In this document: one piece after another, positions 49,101 through 62,400 of the stretch
Position numbering within the stretch: the stretch's first letter is position 1
Layout of the letters: each line of letters begins with the position of its first letter
Source: Klebsormidium nitens
Taxonomy: Eukaryota; Plantae; Klebsormidiophyceae
DNA: 64,000 nt
Assembly: GCA_000708835.1 (NCBI GenBank)
Contig: DF237287.1
Location: forward strand, 1 to 64,000
Direction: 5' to 3'
The notes under the pieces: model-generated
Seen by the model: the letters and a program-made list of their open reading frames with translations, nothing else
Told to the model about the DNA's origin: nothing
The model's database searches: none
Translations under genes and position numbers: made by a program

Positions 49101-52005
49101 ACGTCCTGTGAGAGGAGATGCAGATACTTATGCATCAAAATCGATTCTGTAAGGGCGGCGGACTACATTGACCGGAAGCAGATGGGTACGAAGTGCTGTC
49201 TCTTGGGCAACGAGGCTCATGCCGAAGACCGGACCTGGATTCAAACGAAGGGAGCGCACCGGTGTATCGTCACATGAAGAATCCATTCCGCCTTGCGTTC
49301 CCAGCTTTCGCTTTCACTTAGAGACAGGTGCAACCTTATTAAAACAACGGCAAGTCTTTTTCTTCGCCACTTACAGATAACGTCCTCCCGCGCGAACTGG
49401 TCGACGAGGCGGCTGTGCTCGAACTCGAGGCGCGAGTTCCAGTAGACCTGCGCGTAGTCCAGCTGGAAGCGCGCGCTGTGCTGTTTCACCTCGGTGACGG
49501 TGGAGGGATCCCCCGCGAGCACCTCGAAGGTGGGCACGCGGAACTCGTTCTCGATGGTGCCCACCTTGTTGAGCACGGTAAGGATGCGCGGGAAGTTCTT
49601 CTCTAGAAGCACCTCGCCTGACAGGGGGTAACAAGATGGGTTACCGACTGGGTTGAAAACGGGGTCATTTTGGTAGTAAACGAATCTGGATATCGGATGA
49701 ACGGCTGCTTTTAAGGGATTCTTTCTTGACAGTGCCCACTTCGTTGAGGACGGTGCGGATGCGTGGAGAGTTCCTCTCCGAAAGCACCTCGCCTGGCAGG
49801 GGTGGAAACCGAGATGGATTGAGAACGAGGCTTGTTTTGATGTAGAAGAAACTGGGGACGGCTGCGCCAAGGTGTTCGTCGTCATTCCGTGGCCGATGCA
49901 CGGGAAGTTACTTCCCCTGAGAATGTCCCTCATTCTGCGTCAACCTTCGGGTCTTCAGAAGCTCGGCAGCCTAAGATGGGATTCCCAAAGCACCCCGCCT
50001 GGCAGGGGGTTGTGGGATGTGTACTGTAAGGTGAGTGCGGGTGAGATACTGTTGTAAACGATTCGTTAAGGTAATGACACAATGCCCAACTCTTCCAAAG
50101 CGCTTTCTTGGCTGCTTGGAAAGAGAGTAACATTATGCCAGGATCACTTGTAAAAGCTTCAATTGGGCTACTGAAGCTGACGATTCAGGTCGTGAAACAG
50201 CTTGAGTCACTCAGCTGTGCTGGCACCAAAGCTCTAATCTTACAGAAAGCTCAAAAATCGTCCTGCCGAAGCATTTGGCCACTGAGGGAAACACGATCTC
50301 AGCTTTATCAAACTATGTGTTATATCGCTTGAACGTGGACATAAGCCAAGCGTTGCGCAGAACCCGCACCGATTATCCTCCTGTACGGCAGCAGCTCGTC
50401 CCTCAGGTTCACGTGGGCCACGTGTCCAATCGTCTCGAACGAGCTCGGCACCTCGGCTCCCGCAGGAAGAACCTCCTTCAGCACTTGGTCTGCAAAGGGG
50501 AGCAGAGACTGGGTCTTGACCCAGAACTGCCGAGACTTTTGAGCTTCCAGCTGGCAACTTAAGCGCTTATATTGACTGGTCGCACGCAGAAATTCCTTCT
50601 TGGTTGAATCATGGCCGCCCCTAAGAAGACCTGCTTAGCTTGCAGGATGCTGGCAAACAAATGACGACCCTGCTTTAAGGGCACTGCGATTTGATAAAAC
50701 TTGGTTGACAGTCAATCTTACTTTGTGGAGAGCAATTGGCAAGCCACGGGTTTTACCGCAAAGCAACTACCAATGCATCGCCGCACCCCCAGAGGCACAA
50801 CTTTTTCTTCTTGGCTTTCCAGGCTCGTGAGAAAAGCGAAAGAAGCAAACCGATGAAAATCTCAGACAACAAAGCAGGTTATGTGTTTACCCGCAGTGTA
50901 ACTATCGTAGTCGAGCACAACCTCGTGCTGCGTAATCTCCACATCCCGGTCCGCTTTCAGTTCCGCCGCAACGCTCTCCGGGAGCCCCGCAAGATCCAAA
51001 CCGCTCACGTTCTCGCCCAGGAGGATGAGCCGCGTTTCTGGTCGGGCCTCTTCCACAATCACATTCCGCACTTTTGGGTACTCTGCCTTGAACCTGCGGG
51101 TGAATCACGCTTAGCTGTGGTCAGGGCTACGACACTGAGGCCAGCCTTTGAGGGTCTGTGAGCAGTTCTTTCAACTCAGTATTGTGATCCGCTTGCAATC
51201 TAGGCACAGGTATGTTCCCAACCCTCGCAATCCAATTGCCTGAACGTGACAAACATGTCGCAAACTTGCGGTGGCCGAGGGTGCATGTGCCCAGAATACT
51301 GCAAGGTGGATCACAATCCCGAGGGGCAGTCCAAGCAGGCTGAGCAGCGAGGCGGCAAACCTCGTCTTACGACTTTCACTGAGATTGTCCATATCTTAGC
51401 TACCATCACAAGGACTATCTTTGTACCTCGTGAGTTCTAAACCCTGCAAGGATGCCCCAAAAGTGCTCATTTGCTCAGATTCTTCATCCATCAGATTCTT
51501 GACGGGTCCTATGTCAGGGCACATGCTCCCCTCACATGGGCTGCAAGAATGCAGTGAAACCCGCCTCCCAGGTGTCGAATGTGCAAGACAACACTTTTGC
51601 AGCGCCGTCAGTCGGAAGCGCTTACTTGCTCCGCTTCTTACACGGTTGGTGGCAGGCCTCCAATTCAGGCACACAACGTAACATACCGGCTCCAACAATG
51701 CGAAGTAACTTTCAACCTAGGCGCCAAGATTGTGAACATCTTGCAATATTCACCGGGCAAAGCAGCCATTCCCCTCACTTGCTCAGCTTTTTGACGAGCT
51801 GGTGACACGCCCCCTTGGGAACCCGCAGCGCCTGCACCGTCACTCTCTTCACAAACTTGCTGCGGTCCAGCACCACATGGACTTCCTCCACCGATGCCGC
51901 ACCTCCAGGAGCAGCATTTTGCTCTGGCGCCATCTCGGCCGTCCGCTCCGGAATCATCTCAGTCGTCCGTTCCGACGCCACCTCAGCGCCGGCCACGAAT
52001 GCCAT
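46180..52005 (-). CDS. TRM5: tRNA (guanine37-N1)-methyltransferase TRM5 (Met10+ family), 9 exons
   Basis: Exons 52005-51779, 51093-50891, 50489-50370, 49617-49375, 48923-48799, 48392-47816, 47245-47139, 46771-46697, 46326-46180. Motifs [103 protein letters not shown]. The ORF is open upstream to 52269 (possible targeting peptide). Confidence 0.95.
48941..49099. mobile_element. About 157-bp MITE-like family, copy A (TRM5 intron)
   Basis: Starts ttggccgttaaacca and ends tggttagcggccaa (imperfect TIR). Colinear similarity to 58325-58480. Confidence 0.75.
49557..50010 (-). repeat. Triplicated acceptor plus start of TRM5 exon 4
   Basis: Acceptors at 49618-19 (real), 49793-94 and 49999-50000, each cccctgYcAG followed by GCGRGGTGCTT. 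Confidence 0.88.
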
Positions 52006-53490
52006 CGCAGTGAAAGGGCGCGTTTGACTCTGTCTCAAGGATCTTGGGCTAAGTGCTGCGATTCTGAAACTGTTGCACGAGTCCCTTCCGGAATTTTCCA
52101 ACACGCGCTGTGGTACGTCGGCTGCTCTTGTGCGTACACAGGTTGTCAGTACTGAATCGAATGCGAGCGGAAAAGGTCTGGTGGCGTCAAGGATATGCGC
52201 CTTGAGATGAGCAGAACATATGCTTTGGCGGCAGGAGAGGGGGCCTGCCTGCCGACAGGCGGTAATCATCCGGCGCCAAATGGTGGTGTCGTCCCTTGGC
52301 CGCTCAGCTCTTTTCAGAGGCTCTCAGAGGCTCTCCCTCGGAAAACTTGCCCCCCCTCTGCCCTTGCTGACGTCTTTCTCTGCGGGCATGTCTGGCCCGT
52401 CACAAAACAGAATGCAAGGGCAATCCCCTAAGTCCAGAAGCGACAATCTGCTGCATTCGGCGTTTGTACAGAGAAATGAGCTGGCGCATGGACACGCCAC
52501 CTCCAGATTCGCCTGAGTTGCTGTGCAGATTGCACCATGCACAGCTCAAGCGCAGGGAATACTAGCAAGAAGGATGATCCCCCTGGCGTAACAAACTAGA
52601 CATGCTGCATGTACGATAATTAAACAATTTGCTGCGGGCTGGCATGCTATCATCTATGTCGTCAGGGCTCTCTGCAAGCGGTTCAGCCGTCAGATTAGGT
52701 ACTCATACAAGTTGCCTGCTGCACTCTTGGGGCATCGGAGCCTTTGAAATTATGCATTTGAGCTTCTCCTGTGGCAAATTATTGTGCGGCGCCCAGTCCA
52801 GATTCGATGGATATGTTTCCGGCGACCAGGACAATAAATGAGATTCGAGAGTCGAGACTCTAAATTTGAATCTGCGAATGGAAGGATAATACAGATTATA
52901 CAGTCTGCCTCCGAGTCGGCCTTTCAGTTCAATTTGCCTCAAAATTTAAATACCCCACTTGACCGGTACCAAAGCGCTTATACCTGCTTTCTCATCATAG
53001 CCTATGAAATCAGTCGCCGTGCAAGCGAAGACCAGTCTGACATGTCTGACACAGGACAGATAGTGATGTCAAGCATGCCAATGGCGCCCATGCAGCCTCA
53101 TGCAGTGAAGTGAGGCTGAATTTCGACAGCGACTTCTGCCAAGGTGGGCAATGGCGGTGATCGCGCCCTCCACTGTCGACAAATGAATCCGAGAGAGGAG
53201 AATGGTGGTACTACCTAACCTGGTCCTGGTAGAAATTGGCGGGCGAGGAGGAAACACGGATAAGAAGACAGGGGCATTGCGCCGCAGGGCTGCACCACTA
53301 CTGCAGCACCAACTTTGCATTGGCGGTCGGCGCTTGCAATATCATTTCTCAATATCAGCTGCTGCTTGCACTAGTCTCCGTTCCTTTGCAGCATGGGGGC
53401 TGCCATTCGTAGCAGCTAGCTGGCCACGCCCCTTTTCTTACTGAGCTGAGCAGCCCACTGAAACCTGCACCGCATCTCCCCCCCCTAAAG

Positions 53491-56400
53491 ATGGCGGACG
53501 ACCTCAAGAGCCCCTTGCTGGGCAGCTTTGGCAGCAGCAACGGGCACCCCCCCCCAGCACAGGTGGGGGTGGAGCACGGGCATATCATCAGTCGGGGCGT
53601 GTCCCCCCGGGGACAAAACGACTCCCCCCAGGGGTTTCACAATCAGGCAGACTTGACGGGCGCCGAATACAGCAGCGGCGACGGGGGCTCGCCGCGCCCC
53701 GAGTACTTTGGAAACGTGGGGGTGCAGACAGAGGATCTCAAAGAGGTGCCGGACTTGGAGAACGGGGAGTGCGAGGTGAAAGTGACGACTGGGCCGGCGT
53801 CGGTGGGGCCGATCATCGAGAGCCTGGATTACGAGATCAACGAGAACCAGATCTATAAGGAGCACCGGGTGAGTTGCTGGTCAACTTTGATAAATTCTAT
53901 GGTGTGCTTAAAATTTGGGTTGCATTGTTTGTTCTGGGGAACGAAGGCTTTTGGGCTCAAATCTCAGTAATTTCAAGGGTGTTTTGCTGCGGACTATCAT
54001 GGTCTGAATTGGAAGCTTGGGTCCTTGAAAGGTAATTGCTGCATTGCCCAATTGCATCAGCATCCGCTGGTCGCTCTGTGGCTTCTAAGCAGTGTTGCGG
54101 AATGGGCAACATGATGCATCGCAACGAGCCCATCTAATTTTGCTCAGGACTTGATTGTTGAACGCTTTATCGATCAGTGAAAGGTTTTTATTACTATGAG
54201 CTTTCGCCGCTTTTGTTTGGACCTTTGCGGGCGCTACTGCCTGCGTTTGCATCCAATTCCTTGCTGTAGCGCCAAATGCAATGCTGCGTCCGTTGGGCTT
54301 GACTGTCGAGCTCCTGATACGCCCTCGCCTAGTTTCAGTAGTGGGCATACCGGGTCACTCACTCGCTTGCACCGTTGCTATTCCAGTTCTCGGCAATTCC
54401 GCTGCAAGACAATGCCACCATTCCCTTTTTAACACACGCCCTTGAGTTGCTATTTGACCTTAACCTACCCGGATGCCAACTTGATGTCGTTGGAGGGCTA
54501 CTTTTGCTTCCCTCCTTCTTAAAGTTTTGAAGAGTCAATCGCTTTGATATCAAAGCTCTGATCCCAAAAGGCTGCTATTGAAACGGTTTTGTTCGGAATT
54601 GCTACCTTTTGAAGACTGCTTTTCAAGTCGCTAGGGACTGCCCAACAGTCTCTTCCACCCCTCCATCTTGCTCAGAGACCACTGTTACTCTAGATGCCTT
54701 TGTTTGATAACTGAGTTTGACTTTTGAAACGAGCAGAGTGCCTTGTTCTTGAAGTCTGGCCTACTGTACCCCTTATGTCCTTTCCAAATGTCGCACCTCA
54801 GGTATGCCATGCGGCCCTCAGGTATGCCCTTGTCCCCTTCTGGCTCTGGTTTTCTGGACAGTTGAAGGCCTGTCCCTTTCAATCATGCATCATGGGCTAC
54901 CTGCTCAAACATGCCAATTGCCACAGCGAGTTGTCAAAGGGCTTGCCCCAAAGGTGTCCGCACCAGGGGAGAAGATTGACAAGAGAATCTTAATAACCAT
55001 ATCCATTCTCCTCAAAAATGTTGACGTGTCCCGCTTTCTACTGAAGTGCTGCGCTTGAGTTCACCCCCACCCTAGGGTCAGTTTTGCCTCTCTTCTTGCT
55101 CCAAATGTTTTTGCTCCCCCCCCCCTTGATTCTCACACTCCCGGCTCCCCCCCCTCGAACTCTCACACTCTTGGTCCCCTCCCCTCGAATTCTCACACTC
55201 TCGGTCCCCCCCCCTTGAATTCTCACNNNNNNNNNNNNNNNNNNNNNNNNNNNNNNNNNNNNNNNNNNNNNCGTTCTCCTACTACCTCCTACCGTCCCCC
55301 CCGTTCCTAACTTCTCACACTCTCCGCCTCCCCCCCTACCTCCGAACTTCTACACGTCCTCCGACCCCCCCCCTCGAATTCTCACACTCTCGGGCCCCCC
55401 CTCGAATCCTCACACTCTCGGGTCCCCCCCCTACAGGACCGTGTCGCAGGCTACCGCTGGCAGTACGTCCTCCTCAAGTGGCTGTTTGCGTTCATCATCG
55501 GCCTCGGCACCGCGCTCACCGCTTTCGCGATCAACCTCGGCGTCGAGAACGCGGCGGGCGCCAAGTTCATCCTCCTCTTCAAGTTTATGCGCGAGGGCCG
55601 CGTGTGGTTATCCTTCGTGGTTTACACGCTGGTCAACTTCGGGTTAGTGTTGACCTCGTCGCTCCTGGTGGCATATGTGGCGCCCGCCGCGGCGGGCTCG
55701 GGGATCCCCGAGGTGAAGAGCTACCTGAATGGGAACGACATCCCCGAGATCCTGAGCCTGCGCACGTTGGGGACTAAGGTGGGTAAGACTGTTACGTTTG
55801 GGATCTCGTGAAGGCTAGATCTTTTCTCTGCCCCGGGTCTGCCTCTTTCAGATTTCCTACGAGATCGCGGGCTGCGAGGTCAATTGCTAGAAAGTCTCGC
55901 CATAAATGCCTAGGGTAGTAATATCAATACAAATAGCGTAGTATTTAATTCATCTGTATCTGAGGCGAAGAGCTGCCCAAAGAGGAATATATTACTCAAG
56001 TGATGCTGAGCCTGTGCATGTGCGCGAACCAAGGTGGGTGGCTTTTGAAAGTTTGGAGGTTTGAGGGTTTGAGGGGTACAGAAGTTATGAAGGATTTGAG
56101 TGTGCAGAATATGAGTTCCAAGTCGTGAAGTTATTGGACAAGCACAATTGCAAACAGCTTAGAATCCAGTGAACGTACAAGAAGCAACCACCACATACGA
56201 AATCGCTTGATCAGTGGACTGGTATTTCGGCAGTGGTTGCTTTTGCCCAAAGAGAGATCTGCACCAATCGTTTTATGGGTGACACTAGATCGAAATTGAA
56301 GACGAGAGCGTTGTAAGCAAGTAGGCGACTTTCTTTGCCGGCAGATTGTGGGCAGCGTTGGGAGCGTTGGCGGTGGGTTGGCTGTGGGAAAGGAGGGCCC

Positions 56401-59400
56401 GTTGGTGCACACCGGAGCGGGCATTGCGGCGCTGCTGGGCCAGGGGGGGTCCACGAAATGGGGGATGACGTGGGGGTGGCTCCGCCTGTTCAAGTAAGGC
56501 CTTGGTCCAAGCTGGATCCCGCTCGTGGTTGTAAGGGCGGGTTATGGTTGTAGTATTGGATGGCAACGGGCTTCCTTGTGGAAGAGGTTTTTGTGGAATG
56601 ATTCGTTGTTACTACGTTGCCTATTGTGTTCTTTAAGCACAGAATAAGTTCCCTGTCGACTAGTAGAGATCCAGGGATCCGTCATTGGCCCTATTTGGTG
56701 GTCCTGATTGGATGGAGCCCAGAACACCTTGGACTCAGCATCCCACATCTTCGAAAGGTGGCTCCAGTTCATGGACTTCATACTTGCTTCCGATATGCCG
56801 ATCTATCCAACTCAATCCTCAGTACACGAAATGCAGCGGTTTTGGCGCCAGGGCCGCACGCGGAAGGATTTGATCAAGTTAGTCAGGACCTTCTGATTTG
56901 TAACGGGTCATTGGTTTTCATGGTTTTTGCTATCGCTGCTACTGCGCGGCTGGAATCAAAAAGGTGTCTCCGCTTACGCAGCACGCTTCCAGAAGCCTCC
57001 CGAATCCGCGACAACCGGCCCGTCAGTGTACTCGAACCACTTCCAGCATGAGTCCCTTCTCTCGACGCAGTCCTTCTCCCTGAAGTCTTTCGGTCGTCTT
57101 CGGATCAGCGGTACTTCGACTTTGCAGTAGCAGTTGATTTGACTCGTTGAATATCGATTACCCATTCGGTTTTATACTCGAATATCTCCCGCTAACTATG
57201 AATCGTGTACATTCATTGTATATGCACACGAGAATAACGTGCGAATCATTTTATTGCTTTCTTTCAAAATCACGTACAAGGGAATCGTACGTAGGAAAAT
57301 AAAGAAAGTTCCGGGCCCCTGATTATAAATTTCTGTTCTCCCCCCCCCCTCCAAAACAGGAACGATCGCGATCGTCGGGATCTAGTCACCTGCGGCGCCG
57401 CTGCGGGCGTTGCTGCGGCGTTCCGTGCGCCCATTGGGGGAGTGCTCTTCGCGATGGAGGAGGCTGCCAGCTGGCTGTCGAGTCACCTGCTGTGGCGCGT
57501 CTTCTTCACGACTGCGGTCGTGTCAGTGACTATCAAGGCGGCCATGGGCTGGTGAGAGGGGGCGAAGTTCCTTGATACTCTTACTCTTTGGGGTTTGAAA
57601 CTTGGGTGACTTTGAGGAAGACTACAGAAGGAGAGATCTGGTGGATGTTGAAGACAACTCGGCTGAGAGAATCTGACGACTGGCGCTAGAAGACGGGTTC
57701 GGTTTTTTGGCCCTAGGAGGCATTCACCGCTGTGCATAGCGCGTTCCGTGGTTTTCACCGTCGGAAGTAGCCACTCTCGGGTTTGTTGTCATACTGCTCT
57801 CCTAATCAGTCAGCGGCAAACCCCAAGACAAGTGCTCATACGACGGCCAGGTCCTACCTGAACGTTGGGGTCTGATACAAGCAGGCCCGACCTTTTTGCT
57901 TCTTTGTTTTTGCACGAGCGAAGCCACCCGTTCAATGACCATAGCTTGAAGCACTGCCCTTTTCCTCCCAAATGCTCCTAACCCAACCCGCTCTCTGACC
58001 CGCTCGCCAAGCGCCGATAAACCCGCCACTAACCTGCCCACTAACTTCTCACCACTCGCCGCCCCTTAAGTTCCTTACTAACCCGCCTCCTTAACCCTCC
58101 CCCCTCCCTCAGGTGCTCCAAGCCAGGCGCATGCGGGTTGTTTGGCGCGGGCGGCTTCATTCTCTTCAGTGAGCCCACGGCGCGACATGGGTACACTTTC
58201 TTCGAGCTGTTGCCGACAGCTGTCATCGGGGTCACGGGAGGGCTGCTCGGGGCGCTGTTCAATACGCTCAACTGCAAAGTGACCAAATGGCGCCGGAACG
58301 TGAGTGCTCGGTTCACAGGAGTTTTTGGCCGTTAACCATGGGTGGTTAGGGGCTCTTTATGGCTGGTCAGAGACTGGTTACCAAACTTGGGCTTCAACCA
58401 GCCCCGGAACAAGGTCAAAGCCGGGTTACTTGTCCAGTAACCTGAGTCTCAGTCTGGTGACCAGCCTGGTTAGGAGCCAAAACTTGCTGTGGTGGTAGCT
58501 GTTCGCGTCGGACGTCGACCTTCAGTAACGATCTTGGACGGTTGAAGCATCCAGTGTCGTTTATCGAAACGGTCTGACAGCGTGCACTCGGCGAGCTTTT
58601 GAAGGCGGCGTTTGCATCGCACTGCTTTACAAGCCCTTTTCAGCCTTCGTTTCCGAGCTCAAGCGGACAGAGTGATGTAGGAAACATTGGCCTTCAAAAA
58701 TGGCTAGTCCGACGCAAACGGCTGATGCTGTGAGGTGACTCGCTTCGAACTCGCTCCCGGATGTCTGTCTGCAACTTGGAACGGGTGTTATAAGAACACA
58801 ATACGCGATTCAAAGTGCCTACGATCTTTTGGATGTCACGAATTTTGCCCACAGTGCGCTTCTGTACCGTTGCTGCAAAATATGAGTCTCATAAAGGATC
58901 GCGAGCAGCGGAAACCTGAAGTCATTTGGACCTCGCTTAGGGAGCATTCTTAAGGGACGATTCATTGGATTTGGACGATACTCGTGAAGATTTCAGCCTT
59001 CTTAAAATCTAAGGCCGTTAGTCTTTCTGGTCTTGGCTGTTGTCGGGGCGTCGTGGGACCTGTTATTGAGGCCTCTCGATTGCAGGACCAATGACCCCGT
59101 CATCCCTCCAGCACCCCCTAAGAGCACCAAATTTCCTACAAAATTCCCGCTGTTTCCGCTTTTGACAGGCTCTCACCTCTCACAACCAAGATGCCTCTGG
59201 CGGCTTCCGATCCCTAATTCGCATGAAGAGGCTAGCGCCCTTCTCACATCAGGTTAACTCGCAGTATTCCGCGATTCCCTCATTTATTGAACCCGAATCC
59301 AATTGACATACTCGGGCCCAAGATGCTCTCTTCGACGAAGTGTTCGATAGCTACCAAAACGCGGAGAGTGTAATTTATCGTTGGCTTCCGCAATCTTCGC

Positions 59401-62400
59401 ACGTTACGCATTGCAGACTGGCCGTGCAACATCTTGGGTGCGAGTTTAAGGTGCCCGAAATAATTCTGCCCCGGTCCTTTCCTGCAGACCCTCGCCCCCC
59501 GCGGCAAGCGCTACCAGGTCGCCGAGGCGGCCGTTGTGTCCCTCCTCACCTCCATCGTCGGCTTCAGCTTCGCCCTCCTCGGCTACTGCAAAGCGTGCCC
59601 CGACCCGGAGACCCACCCCAATGTCACGTGCCCCCGCCGCAGCGGCCACTTCGGCAACTTCGTCAACTTCAACTGCGCGTCGCAGACCGGCGAGTACAAC
59701 CCGTTGGCCACGCTGTTTCTCTCCACGAACGACGACGCGATCCGGAACCTGTTCTCCACGAACACCCCCTTGGAGTACCCCCCCCGCTCGCTGCTCCTCT
59801 TCTTCGTCGCGTTCTACTGCCTCGCGATCATCACGTACGGCGTCGCGGTGCCGAGCGGGCTGTTCGTCCCCGCGATTTTGAGTGGTGCCACGTACGGGCG
59901 CCTCATGGGCGTCATGCTGACGCGGCACTTTGGCCCGGAGATGGTGGACGAGGGGCGCTACGCGCTCATTGGGGCCGCGTCCTTCCTGGGGGGGTCCATG
60001 CGCATGACGGTGAGGGGGGTGGAGAGAATTATTGTGTCGTTATTAATCTGATTTTTGTTTGGGTGGTTCATGCGCATGATGGTGAGGGAGGAGGGGTGCA
60101 CGGAGGTCGCAGGACTTTACTCGAGATTTTAGAATTTACGCGTCTCGTTCAATCGATTGTATTTCTATACTCAACAGAAGAAAAGGTCCGCGCCCTTTTC
60201 GCAAATCATGCAATCTGTAAACTTTGCGCACGTGTTGTCGAGGCGTCACAAAACGATTTTGCTTGTCACAGATGAAGCTGCTCGTCGTCATTACTATCTG
60301 GTCGTGTGTTTGTTGGGACCTTCCTGTGGCACTGTACCCGGGCGTCAACGTGCTACGATCAACACTAAAGTTTGCGCCATCTGCGTGACAGTTCCCTGAG
60401 CGTGTCCGCTCCTTGGTTGTGCCAGTGTTTGTGCTAGTGAAAAGCTCGCCCTCAACGTCCGCTGATCGAAACCATCAATTTCAAAGAAGACGCGCTTTTC
60501 AGCACTACAGTCTTGAAACTGTTGACAAACAAAAAGTCAGCTACCCTGCGCGACTTGGTCTGGAAGAAGGCTTTGACAGGTCTTTGATGATCAGTCGACA
60601 TCGGATATGCATTTAAGTGGGCCAACCAATTAAAGCGCCACGTGTCCCCTCCAGGTGTCGTTGTGCGTCATCTTGCTCGAGCTGACGGACCAGCTCAGCC
60701 TGCTGCCGCTCGTCATGTTTGTGCTCCTCATCTCCAAGTCCGTTGGCGACAAGTTCACCAAGGTGAGTTCTCCTTGTACAAAAACGCACACTGGCCAAGA
60801 TTTGCGAGAAAATTATCTGGAGAGCTGCCTCATTTGGAGCACACCCCGCTGCCTGAGACTGACGCATCCATATGCATGGTTGTAATATCCCGTTTTTCTG
60901 AGCCCATACTACGTCCATGTATAAGTCGACTTGACCCTTTGAAAAGCTGTGCTGAACAGCGAAAACAAGGAAACGCGATTCGGAGTTCGCATAAGAGCGA
61001 AGTACAAAGTCGGCGTCAGAGCGCCAGCGGAACATGAACACAACGCAAATCCACAAAAGGAAAGACAATTGCTTCTTGTGGTAGGGCACACATAGACGAA
61101 CTCACAAATGCCACACTCAAATTACGTTACAGACGCAACCACGTTCTGTCGCAGGGCATCTATGACGCACACATCCTGCTCAAGAAGGTGCCGTTCCTGG
61201 AGGAGAAGCCGGAGCACTACATGCGCAACATTACGGCCTACCAGGCCGCGTCCAAGAAGGTGCGCCGACGTCTCTTCGTGCTGGCGTTTCTGTTCGCATA
61301 CAACCCAGAATGGTCCAACTGGTTGTCTGTCCGGAGACAGAGAGTTGCGTTTTCAAGGTTCTTTCCTATCAAGCGTAGAATGACTGCCTACAGGCTGCCT
61401 TGAAAGAGATGGGTTATTGACGAGGTGGGTTATTGACAGATAGACACAAGGATCCTCTGACTATACTACTGGTCCGAGCTTCCGGTGCTAATCAGCAATT
61501 CACTTAGCAATCTACGCATAAGGGAGTGGGGCGGCGGTTTCTGGATTATGTAAGAGAATTGGTGATCCCTTCATGTTGCGCTCTCTCGTGCTCCTGTGGG
61601 AAGTCTTGGTACAAGTGTCTTTGCCGCCGCTCTCTGGAAAGTTTCGCTTCGTTTGCCGTGCACAGGGTTGGAAAATGGACTTTGGGCAGCATGTTCAGCA
61701 CCCTTATTAGACCCTTGCGGTGCGCGAGATGTCAAAAACGTCTTGGAATGTCGTTTCCTAGAACGCGTTGATAAGAATCCGCAGATGCATCCGTCCAACA
61801 ACACAAGTCTGTGAAGAGGGCCAACCTGTCGTGCCCGGAAACTGTGCCGCAAATTCGTGTGGCGCCTTGTTTGCGGAGCCAGGGCAGCAGTTGCCAACCT
61901 GTTTGGAATCTCAAGTATTGACACTCGTATATATGCCAAGCTCTTGTCCGACCTTTTCTATGTGCAGTCGGTGACGCTGTCGCGCCTGGAGAAGGTGCGG
62001 CGCAGCACGCAGGTCCTCAGCAGCTCAACCCCTGCGGAAGTTTGAGAATAGACTCGTGACTATTTCATATCAACCAACGATTGAAAGGATCTATTCACCG
62101 AAGATCAGAATAAGTTCAACCATTTTTCTCGCAGTTGGTGACGCTGTTGCGCGTGGAGAAGGTGCGGCGCATCATGCAGGTCCTCAGCAGCTAGTGTCAT
62201 CTCGTGCGAGAGATTGAGAATTGACTTCGTAGATTGTTGAGATCCTCTGACGAATTGAAGATGAAACAAACTCTAATCACCCTTTGTGTCCGCAGTTGGT
62301 GACGCTGTCACGCGTGGAGAAGGTGTGGCGCATATCGCAGGTCCTCAGCAGCCATTGCCAACCCGTGCGAAAGTTTGAAATTGGACATCTTATAGACCTC

